Assembly: GCF_006345805.1 (NCBI RefSeq)
Contig: NC_043015.1
Location: forward strand, 48,546,001 to 48,610,000
Reading direction: 5' to 3'
DNA from: Octopus sinensis
Lineage: Eukaryota
DNA length: 64,000 bases
A program made the position numbers and the translations under genes. Below, one piece after another: positions 1-12,499 of this stretch; position 1 is the stretch's first letter; each line of letters starts with the position of its first letter. Below the pieces are notes generated by a model. That model was not told the origin of the DNA. It worked only from the letters and a program-made list of their open reading frames with translations, and ran no database searches.

Positions 1-420
1 CTTACAATTTGAATGATAGCCAATAATTTTTTCAGCCATACACTACAACCTCTGGATCAAATCCCCCGTCCCATCTCATTTTTCTACAACTATAGCAATG
101 ATAGCATCAACACCTTTGTACTGCTCAAAATTACCTTTAACCCACATTTAACCAACACATGTCATCTCTTATGTTTCACCCCAGCCCATAAATTAAACAG
201 ATGGTTGAGTTAAACGGGTCACTTTTCCCAATACTTCCTTCACAGACTATTACTGCCCCCACTCCACTCCACCCCTGGAATTCCTTCCCAACCAAATTTT
301 TTCCTGCAGATGATGGCTTACAGACATTAAAGTTAGTTGACCAGATATCGATCTCGCCAGCCTCAGAAGGCTGGCAAATATCATGGCTACCGTCCCACAT
401 CTTCATTAAACTACAAAGAA
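1..420 (-). mobile_element. Degenerate RTE-like reverse transcriptase fragment
   Basis: Decayed VGKEFQGWSGV and GLKVILSSTKVL segments resembling RTE RT motifs. Confidence 0.35.
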
Positions 421-933
421 TATAAAAATAAAAGCACCCTATAGTATAATAATATATACTTAAACCCTTTCATCATTTTTATAACATGAATTGACTGCTT
501 TAATGTTTAAATTAATTTTCAAAATAAATCAAGAATTGAGTGAAATTTAACAAAATAATTATATAACCTGTTGGTTGTATAACTGGCATGGGGAACATAA
601 AAGTGTTCAGCTACGCATATTATTAAATAATAAGATGTGATCTTAATTGAAATATGTACATTTATGAGGGAATTTTAGACAGATTGGTAACAAGGGAGAA
701 GGAGCAGTGTCTGATAGGTTGGTATCAAAACGGTTAGACACTAATTACTTTAAATGTTGTGTTACTGCATTGAAGTTAATATAAGCTTGAAGAATAAAGA
801 GTCTGCATGGACTATAATATGAACATAGTAAATATTGAGGGCAAGATACCAGATTTAACTCACAACAGACTCTTAGAAAGAAGACAAGCAAAAGGAATAT
901 TGTTGATAAAATACATGTATTAAAGTTTCTGAC

Positions 934-999
934 CTGACTCATATCGTTAGGTGCGGACAGAGGGACGCTAGCAACATCCAGGCTATGCATTCCTAGGAG
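934..999 (-). CDS. FMR1: Candidate FMR1 cassette exon in the KH2 variable loop (LLGMHSLDVASVPLSAPNDMSQ)
   Basis: ATTTTCAG acceptor and CAG|GTCAGA donor; 66 nt, phase 0/0, no stop; GC-rich island in AT-rich flanks. No homology recognised. Confidence 0.55.
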
Positions 1000-1099
1000 C
1001 TGAAAATATTGACCGAGTATGAGACTGGGATCAAAGATTAGAACAAAAACCCCACCGAAAAACTAAGTCATATGCTCCTTACTGAAGAGAAGATAGAAT

Positions 1100-1330
1100 T
1101 ATACATACATATATATATTTAATACACACGTCCATACATATATAATACATATTGCACGCATACATATGATACACACATAATTATACACATATATAATACA
1201 CACACAAATAAATAAATAATACACACAAATATGTAATACACGCAAATATAATACACACATAAATATATAAAACACAAATAAATAAAACACATACATATGT
1301 ATAATACACACATACATGCACAAATTCATA
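1100..1330. repeat. Degenerate (AT/AC)n microsatellite region
   Basis: Low-complexity ATACAC/ATAT runs; many other (TA)n and (TG)n tracts occur in the window, e.g. 25454-25485, 36440-36486, 36641-36697. Confidence 0.85.
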
Positions 1331-4300
1331 CAGTAATATGCAAATATTGCCCTAAAGAAAATAAACGATAAAACATTACATCAATTCTTTGTTAAAAAAA
1401 GCTACAACATTAAACAGTTCTAGTTTTGGGTTTAATTATGGCAAATAAAAATTAAAGTTGAAGTAATTTAAGAGAGGGATGTACGTTAAATTTTTTATGC
1501 TGTGACAGCTATACCTTAACCAACTAACTCATTAATCATAATTAGGCCTTAATGAAAATTCCTCTCTCCATAAACTGACATAGACAATGGAATAATTGTT
1601 AATCTAAGACACGTTCTGAAAATGCAAAAGAAATAATTACAGAAATCATTTCAAATTAACAAAAGCTAAGTCAATATTTATACGAATTTAATACACATAT
1701 TAATTGAAAATTGATTACAGATGCACTCATTTGTGCATCTGCAACCACAAACTAGTTTTTGCATTTTTGTAAATGTGTAAATGTAAGACCACGATAAAAA
1801 AAATTGCACACACACACAAACATACATACAATGTGTGTTTAATTACACAAATACAGTTGTATTGATCCTTAAGCTAGATGGGTTCAGCTCTAGATAATAT
1901 GGAAATGTACTTTGGTTAGAATAAGGTCACTTAAGAGAATGTACTCTCTTAATGACTAAGTTCTAGCCATGAATTTTATTGCTAAACTAAGGGTAATAAC
2001 ATTCTAACCATGATCCCACATGTTGTACATGTATAAATATTTCTAGGGTTAAAGGAAACAACCTCAAGGGGACAGACAACACAAATATTAGGGAAAAATA
2101 ACTGGTCATAAGTGGTCTTCATTGCCATGGCACAAAATTGATATTTCTTCCAAGAGTGAAACCATTATTTATGACAACTTTCAGGGAGCTAGCCAAGTAA
2201 TGAGTATATATCCCAGCCAGATAGGACAAGTTTCCCTATTTATGCAATACACCATCCAACACAGATTAGGGGCTAGTGAAAACCCACCAAACTGAAAATC
2301 CTGTCCACTTTTCCTTTGTGATATAGGTTGAATGGGCACTGAATGCAACTGAAGGGCCTTTCTTTGATAATCAATTTTGGTTAATGCCAAGAAAGACAAA
2401 AACATCAACAAAAACGGTGACATGAGACATTCCACTGACAATTGGTTTAGTGTCAAAAGGACTTGGAAAGATAAATTACATCTTGAAATTAGACAAGAAA
2501 CCTCGATAAGATAGAGGGTAGGGTTGGGGTTAAGGGAGCAGGTGATGCATTGAAAGGGACACTGGCACATCTACATTCCCTATAAAAGGTTGCCGAATAA
2601 TAATTATAAAATTGAAACCAACAGGGAGAGTGAATTGAGCAAGGGCCATTCACTTTTTAGTTAATTTATGCAGGGAAACAGGAAACTGCTGACAATTTCC
2701 TTTGCATTTATAGAGATGGAAGATTCAGATGTCTTTCAGTTCTTGAATTTTTGTTTACATATTCCATCATCAATAGTAATTAAACCATATCTTTGTAGAT
2801 TTCACTTAAAAGGGTAGCAAGTCGTAGCCTTTGGAATATTAAATAGTCTTGATGTAGGGTCTAGGGTGAAGGTAGTTTTATTAGCGTTCAATTATTGAAT
2901 CATTCAATAATGGAGTGTAGCATAGTCTAGTTCTCTTTACAACTTTGTTAGTAGGATTCCTAATCTTGGTGATGAATAAGGTGAATCCAAAAGAGAATGG
3001 GCCATAGATCACTCCCTACCAGCAATCAGTCCACCCTCTTTACCTATGTAAATAGCATGAGCTAAGTTTTCATCACTGAATAAACAGCGTTCAATAACTA
3101 CAAATCATTGCAATATTTATCCAATACAGTATCTAGCCATTGATTCTTGTCTTTGAAACCCAACGTCTTCAGATCTGACCTCACCACTTCTTCCCAGAAA
3201 AAACACTTCCCATTGTCAGCACAACATGACATTTTCACATGACGTGTGTAATAAATATTAAATTTGTGTCCATGTAAACAGAACTACCGTTGTATAGCTT
3301 GGACAATGCCTCTTAATGCCATGTTATTACATATGCTTGGTGTTTCATGACAGCTCATGTTGCACATCTAATGAATCTATATTTAGTGAAGTCTAGCTTT
3401 CACAAAGCATCTTATGTCTGCCTCCTTTGGCATGGAGAGAAATATTTTGTTTTCAACAAAAGTAACAACTCCTTCTGACATTAGTTCCCAAACTTTCATT
3501 GTGACCAATTACATTACTTTAAGTCTAGCTTCATCCATCTCTATATTTTGCTTACAGAATACGGTTTTTAAAAAAAATTTTTTTAATAAATCTTCCTACT
3601 TAAACAAAACCATTTCTTGAACAGGACTTGCAAGAATTGTAGACCATCTAGATTTGTAAGTTCTTCTCTAGCCTGCAGACACATCAGACTAGCACCACAT
3701 AAAAGTTCCAAGATCCATTTAACTTGAACTCTTGTTGTAGAATCCCAGGCAACACTAAAAACGGTGAATGCCTAACTATACATTAAATTCTTCAGAGGCT
3801 ATTACTAACCATTATACATAAGTTGGATTATTTACTCCTAATATTTTCAACACCCATCAAGAATATAGTGTGCAAATCTATCAAAGCCTATTTCAGGGGT
3901 GAAGAAAACCCGAGACAAAATTATTGCCGTCATTTCAATAAAGACAGTGTCTGTAGTTCTAATTCTGATAAAAGTTGTATTATCTAAACTAACAATATCC
4001 TGTAGTATGGAATAAGTTTACCAATTTCATTTTATGCTTTGGTCCACCAGTTTGAGGCTTTGAAGCAATTTAGCATCACCTGGGAAGTTGCAGAGGAATA
4101 TGCTTAAAACTGGGATGATTAGAGACATCTTGCTGCCCGGCATACAGGCCAATTGTATGAGAGGAACTAAGTACTTAAAACAGATCCCTCAATGAAGAAA
4201 ACAACATAGCCTGCAACTTAATACCTAACTTACACAATCTGGTACATATCTACACAGGGCCACGTTATACTGAAGCCGAATAGGATCCAACTCTGGCAAG

Positions 4301-4668
4301 TGTTAGAAATTAAAAACAAAACTTTTGTGTAAGTTGAAGTATATATTCATTAAATTCAGTTAAACCACTTCCTCTATGATGTCTAGTGTAATGCATGCTA
4401 TTTTACATGCTACAGTTACTAACATAGTTTGTACATATTTCTACGACATTTGCAGGTTGTTTTACAGATGGATACCCTGGTTTAATAGGAGAGGTACCAC
4501 TTTGCTATTATGATATGAAGTAGGTTTATATTTATAAACTACAACTCAAATCTCTTAATGGAAATCAAACCATGCGTCTCGAACACCCTGAGCCAAATTA
4601 TCTAACCACTACGTTACGGGCATCCTTTCTAGCTCTCTAAGACATTAATAGCAATAACAAGCACTTAC

Positions 4669-4680
4669 CTTTAATACTAA
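4669..4680 (-). CDS. Candidate 12-nt microexon (LVLK) downstream of FMR1 exon 10
   Basis: TGCAG|TTAGTATTAAAG|GTAAGT: perfect donor and phase 0/0, but a weak polypyrimidine tract. Confidence 0.25.
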
Positions 4681-6088
4681 CTGCACTATTTGATACAACA
4701 GATAAAATATATATATATATATATGTGCTTAATTTGAAAAGAAAAGATAACGAGGCAAATGGGGAGTAGTAAGGAAAATCTTCTAAACAGAAGAGATGCT
4801 ATTTTTGTTCTCTTGAATTTATTCATAGAAAATATATTTAATACTGTTCACATGGGAAACTTGTGCTAATATATGTATTTATAAATTGCACACATATAGA
4901 GCAACAAATATACACACTCATACACAGACACAAATATGTAATACACACAAGAATAAAAACATGTTACACACACACGCACACACATATGTGTACGTTAAAA
5001 TAACTTGAATAAGCTAATGAAAAGTAAAAATAAAAAAGGTGTTTTCAAAGATTAAAAAGACTAACATTAGAAACTGCTAGAATCAATGAAAAGTACTTGA
5101 CATGGATCAGATACTCTGAACTTTTAAAGAAAAGGAATAACATGGTTGAAAAGTTACTAATATATAGTCACCAGTTTACCGAGTTCAAAGTATGTTCTAG
5201 TACATTTTTAATTTCTCCTAAACAAGTCATTAATTACAGTGGTTATAATGAAATAATTTTTTATATAACGATTGCTTTATTATAGTTAATTAAACTAAAA
5301 CTAAGGTAAATTTCTGGCAGCTGTGAAAAAGCTGCCAGTCTTGAGAGAACACTAGAAATATAAACAGTCTTATGAACAACCTTCGATGTGATGGAAATAA
5401 ACTTAGTACATCACCCAAGTAAGATTAACAACAAAATTCACACAAGACGTAAGGTTTAGTAAATTATTCGGAGATAAGGCTATAGATTTCACAAATACAA
5501 CTAAGCTATCAATCACTAAAATATTTAGATAGGTTCAAAATAAATCCCACAGCAAGCAATTGAAATGCAAGATTGTTTCTTCCTTTTTTTTTTCTTTCAC
5601 AATGAACAATACACTACAACAGAAATAAAACCACATCAACATACTAGTAGACAGCAGACCAAGCTACGTATAATTTAAAGCAATATTTAAATTAAGATCT
5701 TATTGAGATGTACTAGAGCTGTTATATTTTCCATCTACATTTCACTAAAGTAACACTTATGTTAAGTGAAGGAAACCAAGGAAAAAAAAAAAAAAGCCAT
5801 AACCTAAAACGGATTCTGTTCCAAGCTATAAACTACAAATCATTTATCCTAATAAGGCTACTTAGATCTCCTGTACATCTATACTAATATCTGTAGAGAA
5901 TTTAATGCTTAATGACTATTTAACGAAATTAAAATTGAGAAATCAGGGCAATTTAACGAAAATACAAACAAAATGATATACACATCTCTAGCTTAAAACT
6001 AAATTGTTACTGAAGAGTATGAATGCTGAAGCCATGCCAAGTAATTTCACTTCAGAGCAGGTACAAATAGTGAAGAGTTCACACATAC

Positions 6089-6198
6089 CTCTTCTCTAGG
6101 AGCCTCATGTTCATTATCACCTTCAATTTTAACTCTAACAACACCAGATTTATCAACAATATCTTGAATATTTCTGCCATTTTTACCAATAACCTTAG
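6089..6198 (-). CDS. FMR1: FMR1 exon 10 (KH2: [37 protein letters not shown])
   Basis: KH2 GKNG loop with the I304-equivalent Ile; TTTTCAG acceptor and GTATGT donor; 110 nt, ending in phase 0. Confidence 0.96.
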
Positions 6199-7097
6199 CT
6201 GAAAATTCAAAAGCAAATAATATTTTTTTGTTATGATGAGATATAATCAATCACAATACTTAACATTCAGCATTTTACAAATTTGAAATTAATTAAGTTT
6301 TGTAAAATTCATTAGTTAAATTGCTTCAATCTTCACAAAGTTAGTTATAATGAACTGTTTCATGTTAATATGTTGAACGGTTCTAAAAGGTTTAGAAATT
6401 TGTATTTTATAACAAATAGTTCTCCTTGTAATTCCTTATTTCTTAACACGGTGGACAGTTTGATGGCAACATTCTCAAAAACTGCAAATACTGTTGTCAG
6501 AGGATGGGTGTGGTGATGACAGGTGTACATGTTAAGTTTGAAGTCACTGAACTATAGCGACTGAAGGATTTAGTCAAACAAATCGACCCCAGCATTTCTA
6601 TTTTGAAGCCTGGCTCTTATTTTATTGGTCTTTTTTTGCCAAACTGCTAAGTTACACAAACACACAGGGGTTCTTTCACTTTCCAAATCCACTCACAAGG
6701 CTTTGGTTGGCCCACGGCTATAGTAGAAGACACTTGCACAAGGTGCCATGCAGTGGGACTGAACTCAATGCCACATGGTTGGGAAGCAAGCTTCTTAACC
6801 ATACAACCACGTCTGAATCTATATAGCAAAAGATTTAATAACATTCAGCTGTGGTTGCTCTGGGATTGAAACACTTTCCCTCCTCATGCAGACAAAACTA
6901 CATCCAACACAAAAATGCAGATTCCTAACCAACAACTGCCGACCACTCTATTAAATTTCCTACATTATCAGGATGGTGCTTCACCTTTAAACAATATGGA
7001 GTACACAACTTAGAAACCAATAGTAGAATTTGAAGAACATTTAAAAGAAAAGCTTATTTTCTAAAGGACATAAATTCTCCAGAGAACTACAGTTATT

Positions 7098-7293
7098 AAT
7101 CCTTTCTACTATAGACACAAGGCCTGAAATATGGAGGAGGGGGATAGCTGACTACATTGACCCCAGTAGTCAACTGGTACTTATTTTATCGACTCCAAAA
7201 GGTAAAGTCGATTGTGGTAGAATTTGAACTCAGAACGTAAGGATGGATAAAATGCCGCTAAGTATACCACGCGGCATGCTAATGATTCTGCCT
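7098..7293 (-). mobile_element. SINE family D (MetaSINE-like core GCCTTTCATCCTTTCGGGGTCGATAAAATAAGTACC); other copies at 9973-10047 plus 11521-11643, 32616-32812, 58962-59186, 62836-63033
   Basis: Multiple dispersed copies; the core resembles the Meta/Sauria SINE central domain (from recall). Confidence 0.75.
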
Positions 7294-7307
7294 TAACTAC
7301 AGTTAAT

Positions 7308-7641
7308 TGAGACCCCCTTTGGTCATGAGTGACCGTGGGATTGCAGCTAGAACGTTACTCTCCCAGGCATAAGTCCGGACAAGGTTGTTTATGGAAGACC
7401 AGCAGTTGCCCATGCATACCAGCCTCCCCTCTCCACGCCACCAGTGTTATCCAAGGGAAAGGCAAAGGCCTATACAGCTTGGCACCTGTGACATCACAAC
7501 TAATTTCTACAGCTGAGTGAACTGGAGCAACGTGAAATAAAGTGTCTTCCTCAAGAACACAACATGCAGCCCGGTCCGGGATTCGAACTCACAACCTCAC
7601 AATTGTAAGCTCGACGCTCTAACCACTGAGTCATGCACCTT
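7308..7641 (-). mobile_element. tRNA-derived SINE family B; other copies at 35571-35900(+) and 61329-61650(+)
   Basis: GACTCAGTGGTTAGAGCG A box and GAGTTCGAATCCC B box; flanked by TSD ACTACAGTTAAT. Confidence 0.85.
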
Positions 7642-9167
7642 CACTACAGTTAATAACGAAATGAAAATATAGTGGTATATCTAACTCATAACCAATTCTG
7701 CCATGTATAAAGAAAAAAAGAAAAAAGCCCAACTGTTGATTAGCTGTACATATGTCATGATGACATCTATTAATGACAGCCGTAAACATGTTTTTGCCGA
7801 TCAAAAATTGGCAGTCTTCTTCAAGAAACAAGCCACAGAAGACATGACTCATCATCTGGCAGGACACATTACTAAAAAATTCAAAAGGTAATTTTCCATT
7901 AGGTATACCATTCAGAAAGTCCCATGGGCCACAGGTTGCCCGAGACAAAGTTATTCGGCATACCTCTTTGTCATATTGAAAAAGATTAAGGACAAACTGC
8001 TGAGAAAATTCATAGCTCTGTATCAAAGTAAAAATCACTTAGGTAGCAGCCATAAAGTTTCAAAACCGGCTTGGTGAACTTAATATTAAACTCTGAAACA
8101 TGGCCAATAAATAAGGAGGAATCAATAATGAACTGAAAAACCTGTCAGTGATTCCTACAATACAGTTAACAGCTTTATCACCGTGCCTAACCAACAACAC
8201 TTAGGTATAAATATGAACCGAGTGAAATGTACCAACTAAATGCTGTTTTCAGGTTTTCCCATGAGACAAGAGGTGACTGCTGCGAAGAAGAATTAAACAG
8301 TTATCAAAAACAGAATTATTATCTTTCTAGGTTCACATACTGAAAGTCAGTAGCACTGCCTCTCAGAGAACAAGTCTGTTGAATTGATAAACATTTTTAT
8401 AGATATATCCTTGGTTCTGAGACCTAGAGCAGTAGAGATCACAATTCTGTAACTGGTTTTCAGTGAAGGTAAATAAATCATGAGCCAAACTTAGCCATTT
8501 TTAGTTACTAAAACCATTAAACCCTTAAGTAAATGATAACCTTTAGATAATACCATAATTAAAAAAGAGAGACCATTTCTAAATACCATTCAGTCCAACA
8601 ATTTGGCAATTCACTTACTTCAATAACACATCTCACAAATTTATCAGCATGGGATTGATTTGTTTATTGGTTTTGTAAACAAAGTTAACCATAAAGTTAT
8701 GTTTATTTTAAAAAAAGATATTATTAACTGATAAGAAAAACTGTTGTAAATGCTAATAGAGTATTCAGTTTGCTAGTCTTGTCCAGAAATGATCTTGGAA
8801 TTGTTGCACGAGAGTTTAACAAAATAAATACTCTTTATTGGGTTGCACTTGACATATCTGTATATCCGTGATATTTAATCTGTTTTAATAATGATTTTTG
8901 TTTTGACTAGAAAAAATAGGAATTTATGCAGGAGAAACTATAGCTGACTGAACTAACTGCTGTTAAAATTTATTTTTAGCAGCTTAAAAGAAAAAAAAAA
9001 CCTCATCACAACCAAGAGAAATTGCAATTTAATTAGTCTTGGAATTCTCCTCTTATATTAAATTGCAGCTCCAACAATGTGTAAATACTCAAACTTCGAG
9101 AAGCCATTCATCTTACAACATTCAGGTTCTACAGAAGTCCTTTATCAGAGAATATAGGTATTCTTAC

Positions 9168-9246
9168 CAACTAAATCGCGTGGAACTTGAAAGGTCTCCT
9201 CAGCGTATTCAAGCATATTTCTAGCTTCTCGGACAGCATCTTCAGT
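9168..9246 (-). CDS. FMR1: FMR1 exon 9 (TEDAVREARNMLEYAEETFQVPRDLV)
   Basis: TAG acceptor and GTAAG donor; 79 nt; matches FMRP [24 protein letters not shown]. Confidence 0.95.
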
Positions 9247-9445
9247 CTAAAATAGAAAGAATAAGAAAATAAAATCTTGACATGACCTTTTTTTATAACT
9301 AAGATACATCTCTGTTTCAACTGAATTCTAAAATAACTGAAAACTAAGATTGGCTTTGTAAAGAAATAAGAAAACAATATTTTTCTGTTACTTTCACGAT
9401 ATAGGAATGACATGTTTGGAACACAGATTCCTTAAGTTTTCATGC

Positions 9446-9645
9446 AAAGGCGGACTGAAAAGTCCATAGGCTGACTATGACGGAATGATGTTAAGAGTTG
9501 TGAAGTCTTGCATGCATTAATTTCAACTCCTTTTATTAATAACTGCATCATTTCTTTCCAGGTAAACTGACGTCTGATTATTCAAAAGACTTTGAAAATG
9601 GACAAAATTTGGCATTGTAGTCTTATCAAGTACCTGCAGAAAAAG
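9446..9645 (+). mobile_element. Mariner 5' fragment
   Basis: TIR-like GGGCGGACTGAAAAGTCC and transposase-like start MDKIWHCSLIKYLQKK at ~9598. Confidence 0.55.
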
Positions 9646-10047
9646 CACCATTCAAGTGTGGTCGATGCCAGTACTGCCTGACTGGCCCTCGTGCTTGTGG
9701 CACATAAAAAGCACCCACTATAGTCTTGGAGTGGTTGGCATTAGGAAGGGCATCCAGATGTAGAAACTTTGCCAGATCGGATTGGAACTTGGTGCAACCT
9801 TCTGGCTTGCCAGCCCTCAGTCAAACCGTCCAACCCATGCCAGCATGGAAAGCGGACTTAAACAATGACCTTACATTACCACAAACATATCCAACCTTTA
9901 TATGCCAATATCTCTTCCCAATCTCTAACTCTAAAGCCTGATTCTATTGTTCATGATTCAGATTTTTTCATAATCCTTTCTACTACAGGCCTAAATACAG
10001 AAGGAGGGAGCTAGTTGATTACATTGACCCTAGTACTTAACTGGAGC

Positions 10048-11520
10048 TTAACCCTTTCGTTACTAACCCGGCCGTGGCTGGCCGAAAAATTTTTTGGTTC
10101 AAAGTACCAACCCGGCCGTTAGAACCCATTGTTATTTAAATGTAAATTTGAACCCAAATCTCGTTGGTACATTCGTTAAAGCATGTGATTTCACATTGTA
10201 AATAGTTAAGTTATAGTATCCGACATTGCTTGAAGTGATATCTCAACTCAGTGAATTTTAGGAGATTTTTTCCCACATTTTTTTTCGGCATCGATTTTTC
10301 TTCAACTTTGAAAATGGATAGGAGTTTCATGTTATCAAGCATTGATTCCGAATTTAAAGCTTTGTCAATGGAAAATAGGGAGATATCGAGAAAAAGAATG
10401 AAATAGGTACTAAAGCACGTGGTGTACAATAATGAATAGGATATTTTTTTATCCGAAAATGAAAGCAGCGCCTTCCGAAGAAACAAAGCAGCGAAGGCGA
10501 CAGTGAAGACGATTTTACATTGGAATGAAGTAAAAAAACTTAAAGTGTTTTTATTAGCAATTTTTCTGAGGAGATAAAGTTTATCTATAGCCTTTCTTAG
10601 GAAGTGAAACTATTAGACTTTTATTTTTTTCAGTATGCTAGTTTGAAGCGATCACTTCGGAAACAAACCTACGCAGATTGTAAACAAACCCAAAATCGGG
10701 GTTCAAAGTTTGGGAAATTTGTGAAGCAAATACTGGGTACTGTTGTGGATTTAGTTTTTATACAGGGAAACTAATGTTAGTCAGCATGGCTTAGGGTACG
10801 ATGTGGTCTGGAAGTTATTGTTTGAAGCGATCAATGTGGAAACACACTTACGCAAATTGTAAACAAACCCAAAATCGGGGTTCAAAGTTTGGGAAATTTG
10901 TGAAGCAAATACTGGGTACTGCGTGGATTTAGTTTTTATACAGGGAAAATAATGTTAGTCAGCATGGCCTAGGGAACGATGTGGTCTGGAATTTATCACT
11001 TCCATTCCATAACCAGGGCCGTATATTATTTTTTGACCGATTTCTTTAGTTCGGTCAAACTTACGGTGGATTCCAATATTTCAGTTTATTCCACCTTTAT
11101 GGTACACCTGTTGTGCATTAAATTCAACTGATGATCTAGTGATGTGCACAATTCTTCTTTATCAAAATTTTGTTGCATACCCATTTGAATATTAGCTGAT
11201 GATTCATTTTCTATAGTGATGTTTAAACAAAATTTTAATATTTTTACCTTTTGCTCAATTTAAAATTTTAATATTTTTACCTTTTGCTTAATTTACCTGG
11301 ATTTACCTGTAATTAAAGTCACTTTGAGACAAAAGTTATGCAATAGAATTGATTAAGAACCCTTCCTTTAATTATGTTCCAAATATCACATTAAAATGTT
11401 GATAAGTAAAAAAGTTACAGTTATTTAATGAAACAAGCCTAAATTCATGATTATTTTAGAATTTAATTGAAACTCATGTGGGGTGTATTTTGGTCAGAAA
11501 TATAGTAACGAAAGGGTTAA
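10048..11520 (+). mobile_element. Non-autonomous piggyBac element with transposase remnant, nested in a SINE
   Basis: TTAA at 10048 and 11517; perfect 14-bp TIR CCCTTTCGTTACTA; internal remnants read GFKVWEICEANTGYCCGFSFYTGK and HGLGNDVVWNLSLPFHNQGRILFFDRF (piggyBac DDD core-like); ~180-bp internal tandem duplication at 10641-10992. Confidence 0.85.
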
Positions 11521-12136
11521 GAACCTGAAAGGATGAAAGACAAAGTCAACCTTGGCGGAATTTAAAATCAGAACATAAAGATGGACAAAATACAACTAAG
11601 CAGTTTGCTCTGATGTGCTAACAGTTCTGCCATCTTGCCACCCTTTTCTTCTTCATGATAATAAAGCCTAACCGATGCAAAGTAAGAATTTTTAGTTATT
11701 TGTAGGTGTTTAACAACCAGTGCTTGAGAACAGTACAAGTTCACATGAGTGACAGTGTGCACCAGCATTTAACAGCCATGTTTCATGCTGGTATGGGTTG
11801 AATAGTTCAACAGGGTATGATGAGCTCAAGGACTGCATTGTGCTCAAGTGTATTTTGGAATGGTTTGTACAACTTGATGCCATCTCCAAGAATTTATGCA
11901 ACCAGGCAAAAAGCAAGACCACAGAAGATAACTTTTGAGCAAATTTTTTTTCAGTTTCAATGTATGAGAAACATGTGTAAAGTGGGGTTCGGCAGTGATT
12001 AGGAGAGAAAACATATCCTGATAACACTGATTTACAGAACTGTTAAAGATTTTTGTTTAAAATATGAAATCATTGTCCTGCAGCATAATTTAGACTTGCA
12101 ATTTTCATGAGAGCATAGATGTTTCAATTTAAAATA

Positions 12137-12499
12137 TCTCTATATATAAACGGCAAAATGTCTGCATGTATGTCCTTTATACAAATCCACAATTTTTCAG
12201 TTTGAGGGCTCGCACTTTCTATGGTCAATCAAAACCATCCAAGGGTGGTCGTGCACATCTTTACATTTGTCCAGTCACCCCACAAAACCATTAAAAAAAT
12301 CAATAGAAGTGACTTTTTTGTGAATTTTCTATCCAAAATTCAATCAAAATGCCTGAAACTTGATATGCCAATTGAATGCCAGCTAGCTGTATGTGATTCG
12401 TCGGAGATTTGGACAGTACTCGCTTGTATGTGCACACGCACGCAGCTGTATATGCATGCACTAGCACTATGACCCGGCATTGCTGGGTCATAGTGCTAG
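12137..12499 (+). mobile_element. Non-autonomous Helitron
   Basis: Begins TC(TCTATATATAAA) after an A and ends CTAG before a T; GC-rich terminal hairpin at 12460-12500; no TSD. Confidence 0.75.

Noticed and set aside
858-933. Alternative downstream donor (GTGAGT at 863-858) for the 999 candidate exon
   Set aside because: It would give a 136-nt frame-shifting exon; the 66-nt form is the only frame-preserving option seen.
1099-1329. Cys/Val/Tyr/Ile-rich ORFs here and at 36391-36787, 56980-57219 and 29183-29569
   Set aside because: They are translations of (TA)n/(TG)n microsatellites.
7660-8600. Possible decayed DNA-transposase coding sequence (ORFs 7631..8038 and 7703..7891)
   Set aside because: Coding-like composition, but I could not identify a diagnostic motif or termini.
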